DNA of 64,000 bases from Klebsormidium nitens (Eukaryota > Plantae > Klebsormidiophyceae): contig DF236951.1 of the NCBI GenBank assembly GCA_000708835.1, positions 124,101 to 188,100 on the forward strand. The letters are read 5' to 3'. Position 1 is the first letter of the stretch, and each line of letters begins with the position of its first letter. The translations under genes and the position numbers were made by a program. Below are positions 1 through 12,851 of the stretch, one piece after another. The notes beneath the pieces were generated by a model. It searched no databases. It was not told the origin of the DNA and worked only from the letters and a program-made list of their open reading frames with translations.

Positions 1-127
1 GAAATGAGACCATCCCGGCGAGTTGGATTGATGGCCGCGCCAAAACACTAGGGGTGTCTATCAAAATTCGGTAACCTACTCCAAACGGACGGCATCTGAA
101 GTGGGTCAGTTGATGGCGATTTGATAA

Positions 128-680
128 GGGGAAGGTCATTTTGAAGTGGTACCCCCCCTTATGATTTGTGAGGGGGGGGAGCCTAGGGCTCAGAGCGCGG
201 GTCAGGGCCCGTATGGGGGGGGGACCCACCTACACTTCGCTCATGGGCGGGCTTGATGGGGGGGGGAGCCTAATAAGCTTGGGCTTCAAGGGGGCTCAAG
301 GGGGGGGGGCACGGAGCGCGGTCTCCATTGTTATGTGATTTTGAGGCTGAATCAAGCTTCAAATGACGTATATGAACTCAAGTCCGTGAAAAATTCCCAG
401 AGAATTGCACCAAAGCAACCACCTTTAACTTTTCAACTGGCAAATGACAAAACAATACGGGCTTATATGCCCTCATAAGCGGCTTACCCATCAAATTTGG
501 GCTTCTCAAAACACAAATATGGGGGGGGTACCCAGAGCACTGATTCATATTTTTATATGGGATGGGGGCCCGACGCTCCAGTCCGACTTGGGCCGTGGGT
601 ATGGGGGGGGGACTCAGCGCTTCCGGCGAAAACCCTCTACAAATCATAAAGGGGGGTACCACTTCAAAGTGACCTTCCCC
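128..680. mobile_element. MITE, Tourist/PIF-Harbinger-like (553 bp, non-autonomous)
   Basis: Left end 128-174 GGGGAAGGTCATTTTGAAGTGGTACCCCCCCTTATGATTTGT matches the reverse complement of 633-680 with 2 mismatches over 42 bp. Both sides are flanked by TAA (125-127 and 681-683), a target-site duplication. No credible coding capacity; internal TATGGGGGGGG repeats near 212, 518 and 600. TAA/TTA TSD and GGG-starting TIRs are typical of PIF/Harbinger-derived Tourist MITEs. Confidence 0.9.
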
Positions 681-1217
681 TAATACTCGGGGTTGTATCC
701 GCTAACCCATCAAGCAGACAGGATCTGATGCTGCCTAGGCACGGCTTTCACACGCAGGCGCTCGGAATATTTGCCACGTAGACTCGAACCTTTAAAACCA
801 GAAACCGCATGGACTCTTGGAAACTCTAACGCCAGAAAGTTGAGGTTCAAGTTGGTCCGAGCTCCTTAGGAGGACCATATTTGCCCAAGTATCGCGTTGG
901 TCAACTCTGGAAAATGCCGGTAAGTCACAATTCACAACAAGGAGTGTATGCAAAAAGAAACTTTCGTAGGGCTTTGTACGAGATAAGATTCTTTGAAAGT
1001 GGCATCTTTTCTTTAATTCTGCATAGAGCATGACGATCGTACACCTATGATGTGGCTTTCCATGGGTGCTCTCTCATGGAAAGCAAGAAAGAGAGTGTTG
1101 TAGACTGCAACCATCTCAGCGCCTACACCCCTCAAGACCTTTGATGTCAGAGATTGTAAAGAGCTGATTCGCCCTGACTCTAGGGCGCAGTCAATTGACT
1201 GCCAATTGCTGGTCGCT

Positions 1218-4200
1218 TTACGATGCTTGCATCTTCTCTGCCTCTTCCCTGATCGACTGGAAAAGGACAGACGAAAGGTACCTTTCTCCGAAGCTGGGGA
1301 AAACAACCTGTACATACCAGCACGAAGTTAGGCATCAAAACTCTAAGAGCGGTTTTTCATGCCATCAGGCTCGAACATCAACGACCCATTAGCGTACTCT
1401 TGCTGTCCATTCTAGTCTCCTAGAATGAATCACACAGAATTCATGTGCTCGTCGACTTGACAAATTGTCGCAAAAAGCTTGCCATTGATGATCCACAGTC
1501 CATGCATTCCACCAACAAAGATAGCAGTGATGATACTGCAGGCAGCTCTTTCGAGATGTCTCGAATAAGTCCAAACTCTTACCGCAATCAGCTTTCCTGC
1601 GTTCTCTGGCCGCTTTGCAATCTGGACAGCTGCAACTGCAGCGGCACCCGAAGAGATTCCAACAAGAAGGCCCTCCTTTAGAGCCAGCTCCTTGGCCATC
1701 TCGACAGCATCCGCGCTCGAAATCTGCCAAACATAAAGCAGGTATAGTTTGTCCAAAGCAAAAAGCGACCCTTTTGACTTCTCGACTTGATTAGACAAGC
1801 TCTCTGGTGGTGCTCAGCATCTTACACACAGGAAAAGCTTCAAACACAGCTACTGATTGAAATCAAATAACATGTTGAGGTTTGACAAGTTCCACCTGAA
1901 GAGGATGTCTGTAGCAACGGGTCACAAAAACCCTGTAAGCAAGCAGAACGCTTTCCGCAATGAGCACGACTAGTCCAGAGTCTATATACCTGAACCACCT
2001 CATCCAGGATGTCGACGTCCAGAATCCCTGGAACAAATCCAGCCCCAATGCCCTGGATCTTGTGAGGGCCTGCACACAACATCGTGCACCAATGCGTAAG
2101 AAGATCATGCGTTGTCAAGTTTACCCAGCTCACAAAAGATTTTAAAAGCAAGCCGCTTCCTCGAAAACACCTCACTACACCACCGCTCCAATGCTTCTGT
2201 TTGATCCCTCCTTCCTACAGAAGGCAAAGGCAAATTGATGTCGTACCCATACGGGGTAAGAGAGGTATCTGATGCTCAGATTGCATCAAGTTGTGGCCGC
2301 CTACCTGGCTTGCCGCCAGACAGGATGTTGCTCTCCTTGGGCTCCACGCCAATGACTTTGATCTTGGGGTTCTGCTTCTTAAGGAAGCTCCCTGCTCCAG
2401 TCACAGTGCCACCTGTCCCAATCCCGGCGACAAGGATGTCGATCTTCCCGGCCGTATCCTCCCAGAGCTCAGGGCCAGTCGTCTCGAAATGGATCTGCGC
2501 TAGATCGATGGTGTCCATAAGATTATCTCTTGGAAAACACAGCAGATATTCCTGAGGACCTATGCTAAAAATATGCGGAAGCTGAAAAATCAGAAAGATC
2601 AGCCCTCTGAAATAGATAAATGAAGGCATGCACCAGCTTCCTAGCACGGCCACCCACCTTTGGGTTGGCAGGGTTCTCAAACTGCTGCAGCATGTACGAG
2701 TTGTCGGTCTTCTTCAGGATCTCCTCGGCCTTCTGCACCGCGCCCTTCATCCCCTTGGCCGGGTCCGTCAGGACGAGCTCCGCCCCAAAGGCCTTGAGCA
2801 GGATGCGGCGCTCCAGCGACATGGAGGCAGGCATGGTCAGGATGAGCTTGTACCCCTTGGCCGCAGCAATGAATGCCAGCCCAATGCCAGTATTGCCGCT
2901 TGTCGGCTCCACCAGAGTTGTCTGCAAGGAAAGAAGGCCCCAGATTGGCCGTTTCGCAAAGTATGCAATTCTTCCACTAAGGACTTGACCATGTAAAACA
3001 AGCCAATCATTGGGATATGCTAACATTATTGGATAAAGCAAAAGGAGTACTGCTTTCAAGCTGAAAAAAGGGACCAGCTATGAAACAAGCAGCATATTTG
3101 CGTGGCAAGAATACAACCGAGACTTTACACAGGCGAAGGCCCTGGTCGTGTCCATTTACCTTTCCAGGGATGATTTTGCCAGCCCCCTCAGCGTCCTCAA
3201 TCATGCTCTTCCCAATTCTGCAGCAAAAAAACCGATGATTCTCGCAGTTTTCTAAAGCGCACCGGACATTCTTACGGTAAGAGCACTAAAAATACCAATT
3301 GGTAGCATTTAGGAGGTAGAGCAACCCAAGACTTGCAATCAGGCCGCCTAAATTGCTCAGCCTGTGTCAAAATAGGCAAGAGTCATATCCTCCTCTTGGA
3401 TAGTTCATTGCTTGTGAACCACCGCCTAATTCAAGGCACAACATACGGCCATTCGAAGCACAACATACAGCACTCCTATTCCAATTGTAACCTGAAAATG
3501 TCCGCCTGCATCAGCAGAATCTGGATTCAAAGCCTACCTATCCTTCACACTGGAGCAGGGCTCCATGATCTCCAACTTTGCCGCAATGTTAGCGACACAA
3601 CCATCGACAACCTTGTTCAAATACACCATGGGTGTCTTTCCGATAAGCTGCAGAAACGGGGGCTCATAGATTAGAAACAAAAGAAGATGGAATGGTTGTA
3701 CAATTGCAGCGATTGAATCGCCTAAAATTTTGACGTCAGCCTTTGGGCTTAGCGTCAGGGATATTCGGAATTTCGAGAAAGGCTGATTGAAATTGGATTA
3801 CAAGAGGTTTGGTCAAATCTTGCTATAGATTGTTGGAGCTACCATCTCTTAAAGATTAGCACGCACTCGGATGGCATGATGCAGCAACGAGCAATTGACC
3901 AGAAGCAACTGTACATCAAGATGCCTTTTGCAATTTCAGTATGACTAAAACTCTCAAGGGCTGACAAACTTACCTCCGTAACATCTTCTGCGATGTTCAG
4001 AGAAACTTCAGTCTCCTTCTCTACCTCGGTCGCCACTGCACGACATACACTGGTCGACTGACGAGACATGGACTTTGTCACTGCCTTGCCTGAGAAAGGA
4101 GATTCATTTTGGACCAGAGCACCCTTCCGAAGCCCTTCGTATTGAGAAAGCTGGGCCTGCACCCGTGCTGGGAGACACGCAGCAATTTGCACCGACTGCT

Positions 4201-4273
4201 TGTTTGAAGCACCATATGAGGTGCTCAATGACTGAGCACCTGAAAGAGCCGAGCGCTGAGCTAGAGCCGCCAT
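1218..4273 (-). CDS. cysK: Cysteine synthase / O-acetylserine(thiol)lyase, organellar (N-terminal transit peptide); 8 exons, ~410 aa
   Basis: Exons 4273-3974, 3647-3538, 3217-3160, 2921-2658, 2494-2305, 2069-1990, 1723-1583, 1307-1218 join in frame via GT-AG. Motifs: [13 protein letters not shown] lysine [55 protein letters not shown]. The Ala/Ser-rich N-terminus looks like a transit peptide. Confidence 0.97.
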
Positions 4274-4763
4274 ATCCCCTGAGAGCTTGCTGAAGTTGAT
4301 GGATTTGAAAGCGCCTTCTGGAATCCTGGCAAGGCAATTGCAACCTGAAGAATGCGGCCTGTGTTCAAACTGGACTGTGAACCCTGTGTGAACCTCTCCA
4401 AAAGTTTAAGGTAGGTACGTACCACTGAAGGATGTGGCGACCGAGACCAGTCCCCGGGAAGTTGTGAAGTAGTCTCGGTACGGATTATTGGTCTCACTTT
4501 CCTCATGGTAGCGGAGTCTTGGTTGCCAGGAGGTGCGTACCGTCACCCCTCGTCGAGACTGAGATAGGTACCTAGCTCGCTGCTCGGCTCTGGGGCCGTG
4601 GTTCACCGTTCAGGCCCACCTCTTTGGAGTCTAGCTGCCTTCGAGGTGGTTGTCTACATCCACTGCACAAAACAGGACCACTGGTACGTAGCTGGCAAGG
4701 AGAATGTCTGCCTACATACCTGGCAACACATTTCTGTAGGCTGAGCTGTTAATTGATATTCTG

Positions 4764-7700
4764 ATGTCAACAATGTCGCTTCGCATCCTGGTCGCCTCCT
4801 TGGAGAAGCAGCACCAAGCTCTGCTGAAGCAGACCACTCTTGCCCTGGAGTACATAAGGTCCCGTGCACTTGCGTCAGAGCGACTGAACTTCGTACGACC
4901 TGCTACGTCTCCCCCTTCCAACTTGGGACACTCTAGGAACTATGGATCTTTCGTTGCAGCAGAAGCAGCTTGGGACCAAGAGGATGTGCAGCCGGATACG
5001 GTGCGTGCAATGCTGCCCGAATTTGGTTGATGTAAGCTTGTTGGGCGCCAAAGGTTTTGAAGTAGATAGATTCAGGACAATCACTTATTTGTCTCCTTGA
5101 TCTTGAGGAACGATGATAGTGGTGGTGGTGGTGGTGGTGGTGGTGGTGAACAAGTGGTGGTAGAAACCCTTTACTGCAGCCTGACCCCCTCTCTGTACTG
5201 AAAAATCCATGAGAACTGGACCTTCTCTTCGTCAAGAAAGATCATCCAAAGAAATGCATATACTCAAATTGCATCATAAGATGAACAAGTTGGTGGTACT
5301 TGAATTGCGCAACTTGTCCTTTATTGCAGGAGCGCCGCTTTGTAGATCGGATACGCGTTAATGTTGTGGCAGGCGACGGGGGCGCAGGCTGCACATCATA
5401 CCACCGCGGTCGCCTGCAAAGGAAAGGCTTTGCGGATGGTATGTACCCACTGAACACCGCTTGAATCATCATGAGGGCTATGTTTCTATATAAGGCTCCT
5501 TCTTCATTGTCGGGGGCGATTCTTAAATCCTAAAGGTGGCTAGATCTCATGCGCCAGTTTCATGCCGGTACATACAGACCGTTTGACTTGCACCATCAGA
5601 ATGCTGACGCACGGGTGCAAGTCTCGATCCGCTCATCATGGTCATTACAGGGGGAAACGGGGGAAGGGGCGGCGACGTCATCTTTGTGGCATCCAGAAAG
5701 GTCTACGATTTGGGGGGGATCACGACCACTGTGCGGGGGGAGAAGGGAGGGGCGGGGACGTCGAAGAACCAGGTGGGCAGCCGGGGGCGCGACAAGTTGG
5801 TCCTGGTGCCGGTGGGGACGGTGGTGCGCAAGTTTCAGAGACGGGAGCATGAACCGTCCGAAATTTCAGCAGCTGTTGCTGAGCTGGCAGACGATGACTG
5901 GAAGACCTGGGAAAAGGACAACGAGGGAGAAAGCCGGCGCGCAGATCAGGGGGAGGGCTCAAGTGGGGAGGAGGCTGCCCCAGGGGTAACAGGAGAGGCA
6001 AGGGAGGGTGGCTTAGTTGAGGGAACAGGAAGCGGAGTCTCTTCCGAAACAGACAGAGGAAGCGAGGGCGCTCCGAGCAGTTTGCATGGGGATAGTCCGT
6101 CGGGGACCAGCTCGAGCGATTGTTCAGCATCATCAGTAGACCGCGAAACTCAGTCCTTTGCTGATGTGAACGGGAGGTACAGCGCGAACTTCGAAAATGC
6201 CGAAAGACAGAATGTTTTGGATAGGGACAGAAGAGGAGTGCCGCCGGATCCTGCTTTATCAACCAGCAAAGAACACGATACTTCTCCTGCCAAAAAAGGC
6301 TCTGGTTCTCATCTAAAAGGTCCTGTGATTGCGGACCTCACAGAAGAGGGCCATAGGTTAGTCGCCGCGGTGGGAGGGTGTGGGGGCCGGGGCAATGCGG
6401 CTACGGGGCGGAAGGGCGAGAAGCCGTGGTTCAAGCGGAAGGTGGGGCAGCTGCAGATCAACGAGCACGAGACGGGGGAGCATGGGCAGCGCATGTGGCT
6501 GGAGCTGGAATTGAAGATGCTGGCAGACGTGGGCCTGGGTGAGCGTTTTGCTTGGCTTGAAGGTTAAGTGGTTGAGTGGCGAAAACGCGTCTTATGGTTT
6601 CCAATCTGGCTTATAAACACTTCGTTACCTTTCAATGTCATCATTAGGTCGTTCTAAAGTACCAGTGCTTGAGTAGTGGACTACTTTCGCCGTGTACTGA
6701 TGTGTTCGATTATTGGCCTTTAAACTTCAAAAATCGGATTTGTTATCTCGTGAGCTCGAAGTGGAGTAAACGCTGTCGGTGGAAGCAGCTTACCTACCAA
6801 GCACTCCCATAACAACATGCACTCACTCTTTCGAACTTGTTGTAGAGCTGTGGTCATGGGCACGATTGACTTCAAAAGCTTTAGATAGCCCCGTTTTCCT
6901 TCGGCACAGAAAACATGAACCTGGTGACTCGTGCTTTGCAGTGGGCATGCCGAACGCAGGCAAGAGCACCCTGCTCGCAGCACTGTCACCGGCAAGGCCC
7001 GCAGTAGGATCATACGCCTTCACCACGCTCCGGCCCCACATAGGCACGGTCGAATGTGACCAGTGGTTTGCATACACGGTGAGTCCGAGCCCCGACTTTG
7101 CGCTCTGTGCTCATCCGTCTGGTCGCCTCTCCATATTGCTTAAGCCCTATCTATTTTGCCAGGACTCATGCGATTGGCATCGCTTTTGATTTTCGACTTA
7201 TTGTACACGAGCTCGGTGTAAGCCCTTCATCACCAGTAAGGACGAGAAGAAGGTAGACAGGTTGTGAAAAGTGTCTATCTTCGAACACTTGCTCAACGTA
7301 ATCTGCCCACCTTCCTTTTTAAGTCCTACCGGTTCGTCCTACCATTTCTCGTTAAAGCAGCTTCATAGTCCAACTCTGCTGCTGTCGTACCTCCAGCTCT
7401 CACTTTCTATGCGATTCGTCCGAGTGCACGCAGCCGCATGGTCCACACACAACCGTCTTGCCATCAGCCCTTTCATCCTTCTCCCCGACAGATCGCCGAC
7501 ATCCCGGGGCTCATCGAGGGCGCCCACGCGAACCGCGGCCTGGGCCACAACTTTCTGCGGCACGTGGAGCGGACGCGCGTGCTGGCGTACGTGCTGGACA
7601 TGGCCGGGGGTTGGATCAAGGCGGTGGGGCGGGCGGGGGCCAGCAAGCCCAACCCGAAAAGACCCTGGGAACAGCTCGACGATCTGGTGTCCGAGCTGGA

Positions 7701-8367
7701 ACATTATGAGGTGAGCCGCAGGTCGGTGTGGCCCAATGGACGATTGATGGGCACGGCTTCGAAGAAAGATTTTGGTCAACAATATACTGTCAGCGTAAGG
7801 CGGTTTCCAATGCGAGGTAGGGCTAAGGAGCGAACGTTTGAAAGAGGTGCCCGTGTTTTGAAAGATGCACGGTGATATGCAGGAACGGCTGAGTGTTTGC
7901 GGATCAGACTTGAAAAGCTATTCTTTTCGGTCACAGTTGACGCCCAGCCTCCTGCATCGGTCGAAGCTCGGAGCAGTAAAGCCTTGTCCCTGACTGTCAA
8001 AAAACTTTTGCGGTCGTCGATGTTTTGTGCGCCGAGGCTTTTTTAGTGCGATTGAACAAAGTGCAAAAGTCTGAAAGAAACATGGTTAGCTTATCGAGTA
8101 TGCTTCAGGTCGCCAACTTTTGGACTCAGTTAGTTACTAAAGATGATGTTGTTTCTTCGACGCTGTCCGCAGGAGGGCTTGTCGAAGCGACCGTCCATCG
8201 TGATTGCCAACAAGATGGACGAGTCGGGCGCGGTTGAGGCTCTCGAGGAGCTCCGTGCGCGCACACCCTTGCCGGTCTTTCCGACGTGTGCGGTCCTTGG
8301 AGAGGGCACGGAGGACCTGAAAAGGGTGCTCGAGCAGATTGTGACGGATCATAACGGGGGCGGCTAA
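4764..8367 (+). CDS. obg: Obg/CgtA-family GTPase, probably mitochondrial (ObgM/MTG2-like); 6 exons
   Basis: Exons 4764-5000, 5330-5438, 5651-6538, 6942-7078, 7492-7710, 8173-8367 join in frame. Obg fold [17 protein letters not shown]...[10 protein letters not shown]; G1 [13 protein letters not shown]2 YAFTTLRP, G3 [11 protein letters not shown]4 NKMD. Lacks the OCT domain of bacterial/plastid Obg. Start codon (4764 or 4773) is uncertain. Confidence 0.93.
5119..5148 (+). repeat. (GTG)10 microsatellite in Obg intron 1
   Basis: Perfect 30-nt trinucleotide run read directly from the sequence. Confidence 0.95.
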
Positions 8368-9070
8368 CTGTTTACGAATGTAGGATAAGAGTTGTACCTA
8401 TCGAGCAAATAAGCTCATGGCGCGTTGTCGAAGGACAGAAGCTAACATTGAGATCAAAGAACGCGCCGCGATCCGGCTACGAGATAAAATTGCAACCGCT
8501 CCCAAAGCTGATAGCAAATGCAACTCGAGTCAAATTGCTCTAGTGGAGCTACCCTTGATCAAGTAGGCACCTCCGACAGTCAGTGCGATATAAACTGGGA
8601 CGAGGGAAAAGTCCAGAATTAGCACTCAAATCGTGGTCGCCGGATTCGTTTCCAGAATGAGCTACGAGCCTACTAGGTCGGGATATGCATGTCCGTGAGC
8701 CGCCCCCCCGTGTGATACCGAGCAATTCTGGATGATCGATTCACCATAATTGTGACCTAGAATCGATTGCGAGCTGGCAGATCACGATTCGACTTCAATC
8801 CTGTTGTCCATGTGCATAGTATACGTGAGTATCAACGATACTAGGTACACCGTCCATAATGATCAGTACGTAATTTGATTGGTTACAAGCTCAGGTACAG
8901 GGACTCAAGCATGGAGTGGCCAGGCTTTGAGGAGCATGGTCCCTGACGTACTGCATACAAAGGTTTGATGCATTATCGATCAAGTATGGCAAGCTGTGCA
9001 ATCACTGTCACCCATGCAAACACATTCTGGCAACGGTAGGAAGCCAAAGCGCAGCCGCTGATGAACCGTT

Positions 9071-11740
9071 TTACTTTACAGGAGGTGCAAAATCCAATGT
9101 CAATACTGGCAACAAGATGATGCCCAACAAAACGCACCCAATCGCAGCACCTGCCCACAGTGGCAGACCTTGCTTGCTTCGACTATCTTGAGGAGCCCCT
9201 TGCTGCGTTCCAGACTGCCCGCTCTCTTTCCTCGATCGTTCCCTCAGCTCCTCTGCTCGTTGCCTCTCTTTTCGCCGCTCGCTTTCTTCCACGTATTCCG
9301 GAAATAGTTTCTTGAAGATAGGGCTGCGGTGAAAACGTTGAAACAGAAAGGATACTCTGAGTCCTACACATGTCCATCAACGTTTACATTCGACCATCTT
9401 TAGAGAGCAGTGCATTTACCAAGTGGTAAGCAAGTCACAATCTAGCGGATGGGTTACGTCCAACAATATGATGGTAAAATACACCACCGGGGACAATGCC
9501 TTCTTGCGCTCCCCTTAAACCTTCCCTACAGTGATGGGTATGTCGATTTCAGCAATTTCCGCCGAAAGTCGAAAGTTTTTTACACCCGTTTTGTGACACT
9601 TTTGCTGGGTAGGAAGTGTTTCGGTGAGTTGCCGCTTTGGCAAGGAATTGACAGCCAGCATGTCAGATGATGCACGAACGGTCCCTCACCTTTTCAAATT
9701 CCATTCTAAGGAGACTGCGGCCAGCTGCTTCTTTTCTGCTGCGGTGGAACTTACGCTGCCCGACGTCAAAACGTCATCGTTCTGCAAAGAAAAGATCTTG
9801 AATGAAAAACGGACTACTCTTCCACCTCTTTCCTCAGCTGCATAAAAGGCAGCACGCAACATGACAGTGACCGCAATTCATGTAGTTGTACCTATAAAGA
9901 TGAGTCAATGAAGGGTCGGGCTGAGAAAGGTTCGTTTTTGACCTACCATGAAAGAAAGTAACCCCGTCAGAATGCTGCGACAAGAGAGCAACGTCTAAAA
10001 TCAGCGGAAGCAATATAAACCAGTAGGTGTCAAAACTGGTCTCAACACTCCGAAGTCGACATCTAGCATGCTGAGCAGGCGAACGGATTGTCACCGGTGA
10101 CAGCCTCTACATCTCAAAGCGAACAGCGATCCGTGCAACGGTCATTCAAGAACTTTCAGAGCCGCCTTCATTAGGATCGAGTAGAATCTCTGCATCTTTG
10201 GGGACATAAAGATACTCAAAAGGTCGAGGGAGAAACACTCAGTAGTTATGTGTCCTTACCTGGCAACGGACCACATGGGGTTCCAGGTCTCTGGATGGAC
10301 TGCAGACGGAACGGCAGAAGTCACAAATGAAGGAGACCTTTTTACGACACTGGGAGTATCAAGATGCATGGAAGCAACCAAATCAAATGGAGATGAAAGT
10401 CTGCTATCTTCCAGGATCCACAAACGAAAGTTTTCGAAGAGATGAATCAGGTTTTCAAGAGATATGACTATCTTCGGATTGTGCCCAATTCAGCCAGAAC
10501 AAAGGCAACGGAGGATCTCAATCATGTTATGTAATCAGCTTGGAAGGACTCACAGTCTGTCATGGACATGCAGATCTTTGCGTTGGGGGCAAATCGGCCA
10601 TTGGGAGTGACCATCCTGTGGAAGGTGGACACGTGTTAGCCCTTATTGGCCGTTTATTCAGATGTTACAACACCGAATAGGCAACATGGGTGCTTGATTC
10701 AGGAAACAGTGTGTGCGCATGGACGAAGATTGACATGCCTGAAAAATAAAATTTTCTTAGCATCGATGGTGCCTGCCAGCTCATCTTACCTGATACTCGG
10801 GGCCTTGAATGGGTAGTCTTTTGGGAAAATCACTTTGCCCCAGTACACACCACCTGGACAGGGGTCAAAGCTGTGGTGACTTTCATCAATTTTTCGAGGA
10901 TCTACATAAGGGCTTCTGTGGCGAACGGATCTCCGCTTTGAATGGACTCTCTGAGGTGAAAGCAGTGCTGAGCAAAATGAGGGGCATTCGGTGTCAATCG
11001 ACAATTGCTTCTTACCTTCAAAGGCAGTGCCAGCGCTTCCTTCCAAGACATAATCTGTGCAATCAAACATTCAGGGTCAGTCGGTGCTCTGTATCTTTTG
11101 CTGGACCAAGGAGAACAAAAAAGCAGCTCATCCGGGTGCAAAAAAGTGCATAAAATGAAAGATCAGAGTCACAAAGGACACAGCCTTTTCAATCCAAGAG
11201 GTCCAAAAAGTCTGACAAGAATTTTCGATCATAGTTCACCTATTCTTGCTTAATGATTTCATCATGCCTGTTTTGTCTTTTGTCCAAGTTCAAGATATCA
11301 CTTACGCCACTCAAGTATCTGGTCGGGTGAAGGTTTCGCTTTGATGTTTGGTGGTGGTTCCTGCACAGAAAGAAAGTTCTAGCTATATACTTGCAGAAGG
11401 AGGAAGGAAAGGCCATCAAAACGTTACAAAATCTCCACAAGGTCTTCGTCCAACAAGTTGGTCAAAGCTCAGCATTGTCCATAGTTCTGGACATCGTTCA
11501 ATGCAGCCCGTAGTCTAGATGCAACAATACTATGCATCTATCAGCCTTTTATGCGAAGCTGTACATGTGCCACAGATAACAGCACGCCAATCTTTTCCCT
11601 GGTTGGGCTCTGAGTTGGGCTCTTAATAATCCTCAATCCCTGACTGCAGAACCAAGAGGGATAGACGTAGGGCAGATCACCTTGCACAACTGCTTGAATT
11701 CTTTCTGCAACCTCCGGATGCACCCCTTGTCTGCAGCCAT
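9071..11740 (-). CDS. UBC6: Ubiquitin-conjugating enzyme E2, Ubc6/UBE2J-type with C-terminal membrane anchor
   Basis: Spliced peptides MAADKGCIRRLQKEFKQLCK / EPPPNIKAKPSPDQILEW / YVLEGSAGTAFE / GGVYWGKVIFPKDYPFKAPSI / MVTPNGRFAPNAKICMSMTD (catalytic Cys) / FHPETWNPMWSVA / ILTGLLSFM / NDDVLTSGSVSS. C-terminal TM segment LWAGAAIGCVLLGIILLPVL. Confidence 0.93.
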
Positions 11741-12851
11741 GCCTGTCAACTTTGGGCAGGAGGAAGACACAGCTGAAGATGCTCACAGAAGGTGGCCCAC
11801 CCTCGCCGCCCAGCTAAAACTTGTAATTTACAATGTTTAGCCCTCAGGCCGAGCTTTGCAGCTTAGCTGAGCCTGCGACTCCGAGCTAGATCGTCCAATT
11901 TGATGGTTCCGGTCTGCGCGCAGACGAATTTGCACCGGAACGAGAGGACCGGACTCCCTTAGCACCGCGACGTCCGTGACTTTCTCTTACCTTTCGAGCC
12001 ATGCAATGATGCGGCCTCCATCGCGTGAAAGCGACTACCGTGTCCTGATGTCATCCTCAGGCACTTGTTTGCCCTCAGATAACCAGAGCCTCAGCAAGAG
12101 CTGCAGTACATGGCTGCACAGACGTTGTCGCCAGCTTTCAATGGGTTCATCGAGGGCCCCTTCAACCCTGCTGATTAAGCAACCAGGTCTGTTTGGACCA
12201 AAGGATGGCGGGACGGATGAACGGCAATCAGGATTGCGACGGAACTCTCTCGCACACCTCGTTATAGGAAGCTTTAAAAGCTGACGAGTGATTATGCAGG
12301 GGTCTGTAAGACAGTACAGGGTTTGTAAAGTCGTCCGCAGGGGTATCGTTTTGCAGTAGTGTCAAGTTGGTTGTTTGTCCAAGTCATACAGGTGCGCCAA
12401 TACACCTTGCAGATTCGATCTGGCCGCCAGACTGACCTGACACTGCTATCTTACTTCGCACAACGTTGAAAGTCGAAGCGCGGGCTTGGGAGCTGTACGC
12501 GTCATGCACGGAGTTCGAGATCATCTCAAGGGCTGCGAATACTGTGCAATCTTACTTTCGCGCCAAGCAGCAACGAATGAAACGGCAGGAAAAGGGGTGG
12601 GCGCCTGGGTCTCTCTTATCGCATCTGGCACTCCTTTTCTGTCGCTAGCTTTGAAAATAGGTCGAAGTGCTACTTTGAGATATAAACGCCTCGTTGCATG
12701 CACCACCAGATGAGGGAGACCAAGTGAATGATGTCAGGACAATCATGCTGCGCTCATAAGGCTTGGACTGAGTTGAATTGCACGCAGGATGTTGAAAGCT
12801 ACTGAAAGTCAAGCGCTCCAGCTCTGCTGAATTGCCTCGCGGATCACAGGC

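Noticed and set aside
4933-5235. Minus-strand ORF with a poly-His tract
   Set aside because: An artefact of the intronic (GTG)10 microsatellite read antisense to Obg.
11907-11940. Hairpin TTCCGG...CCGGAA containing the 14-bp palindrome GTCTGCGCGCAGAC in the UBC6/RRM spacer
   Set aside because: Short GC-rich palindromes arise by chance, and no ncRNA family features were seen.
12004-12047. Possible C/D box snoRNA (AATGATGC...CTGA)
   Set aside because: Imperfect C box, too short, no terminal stem and no recognised rRNA guide.
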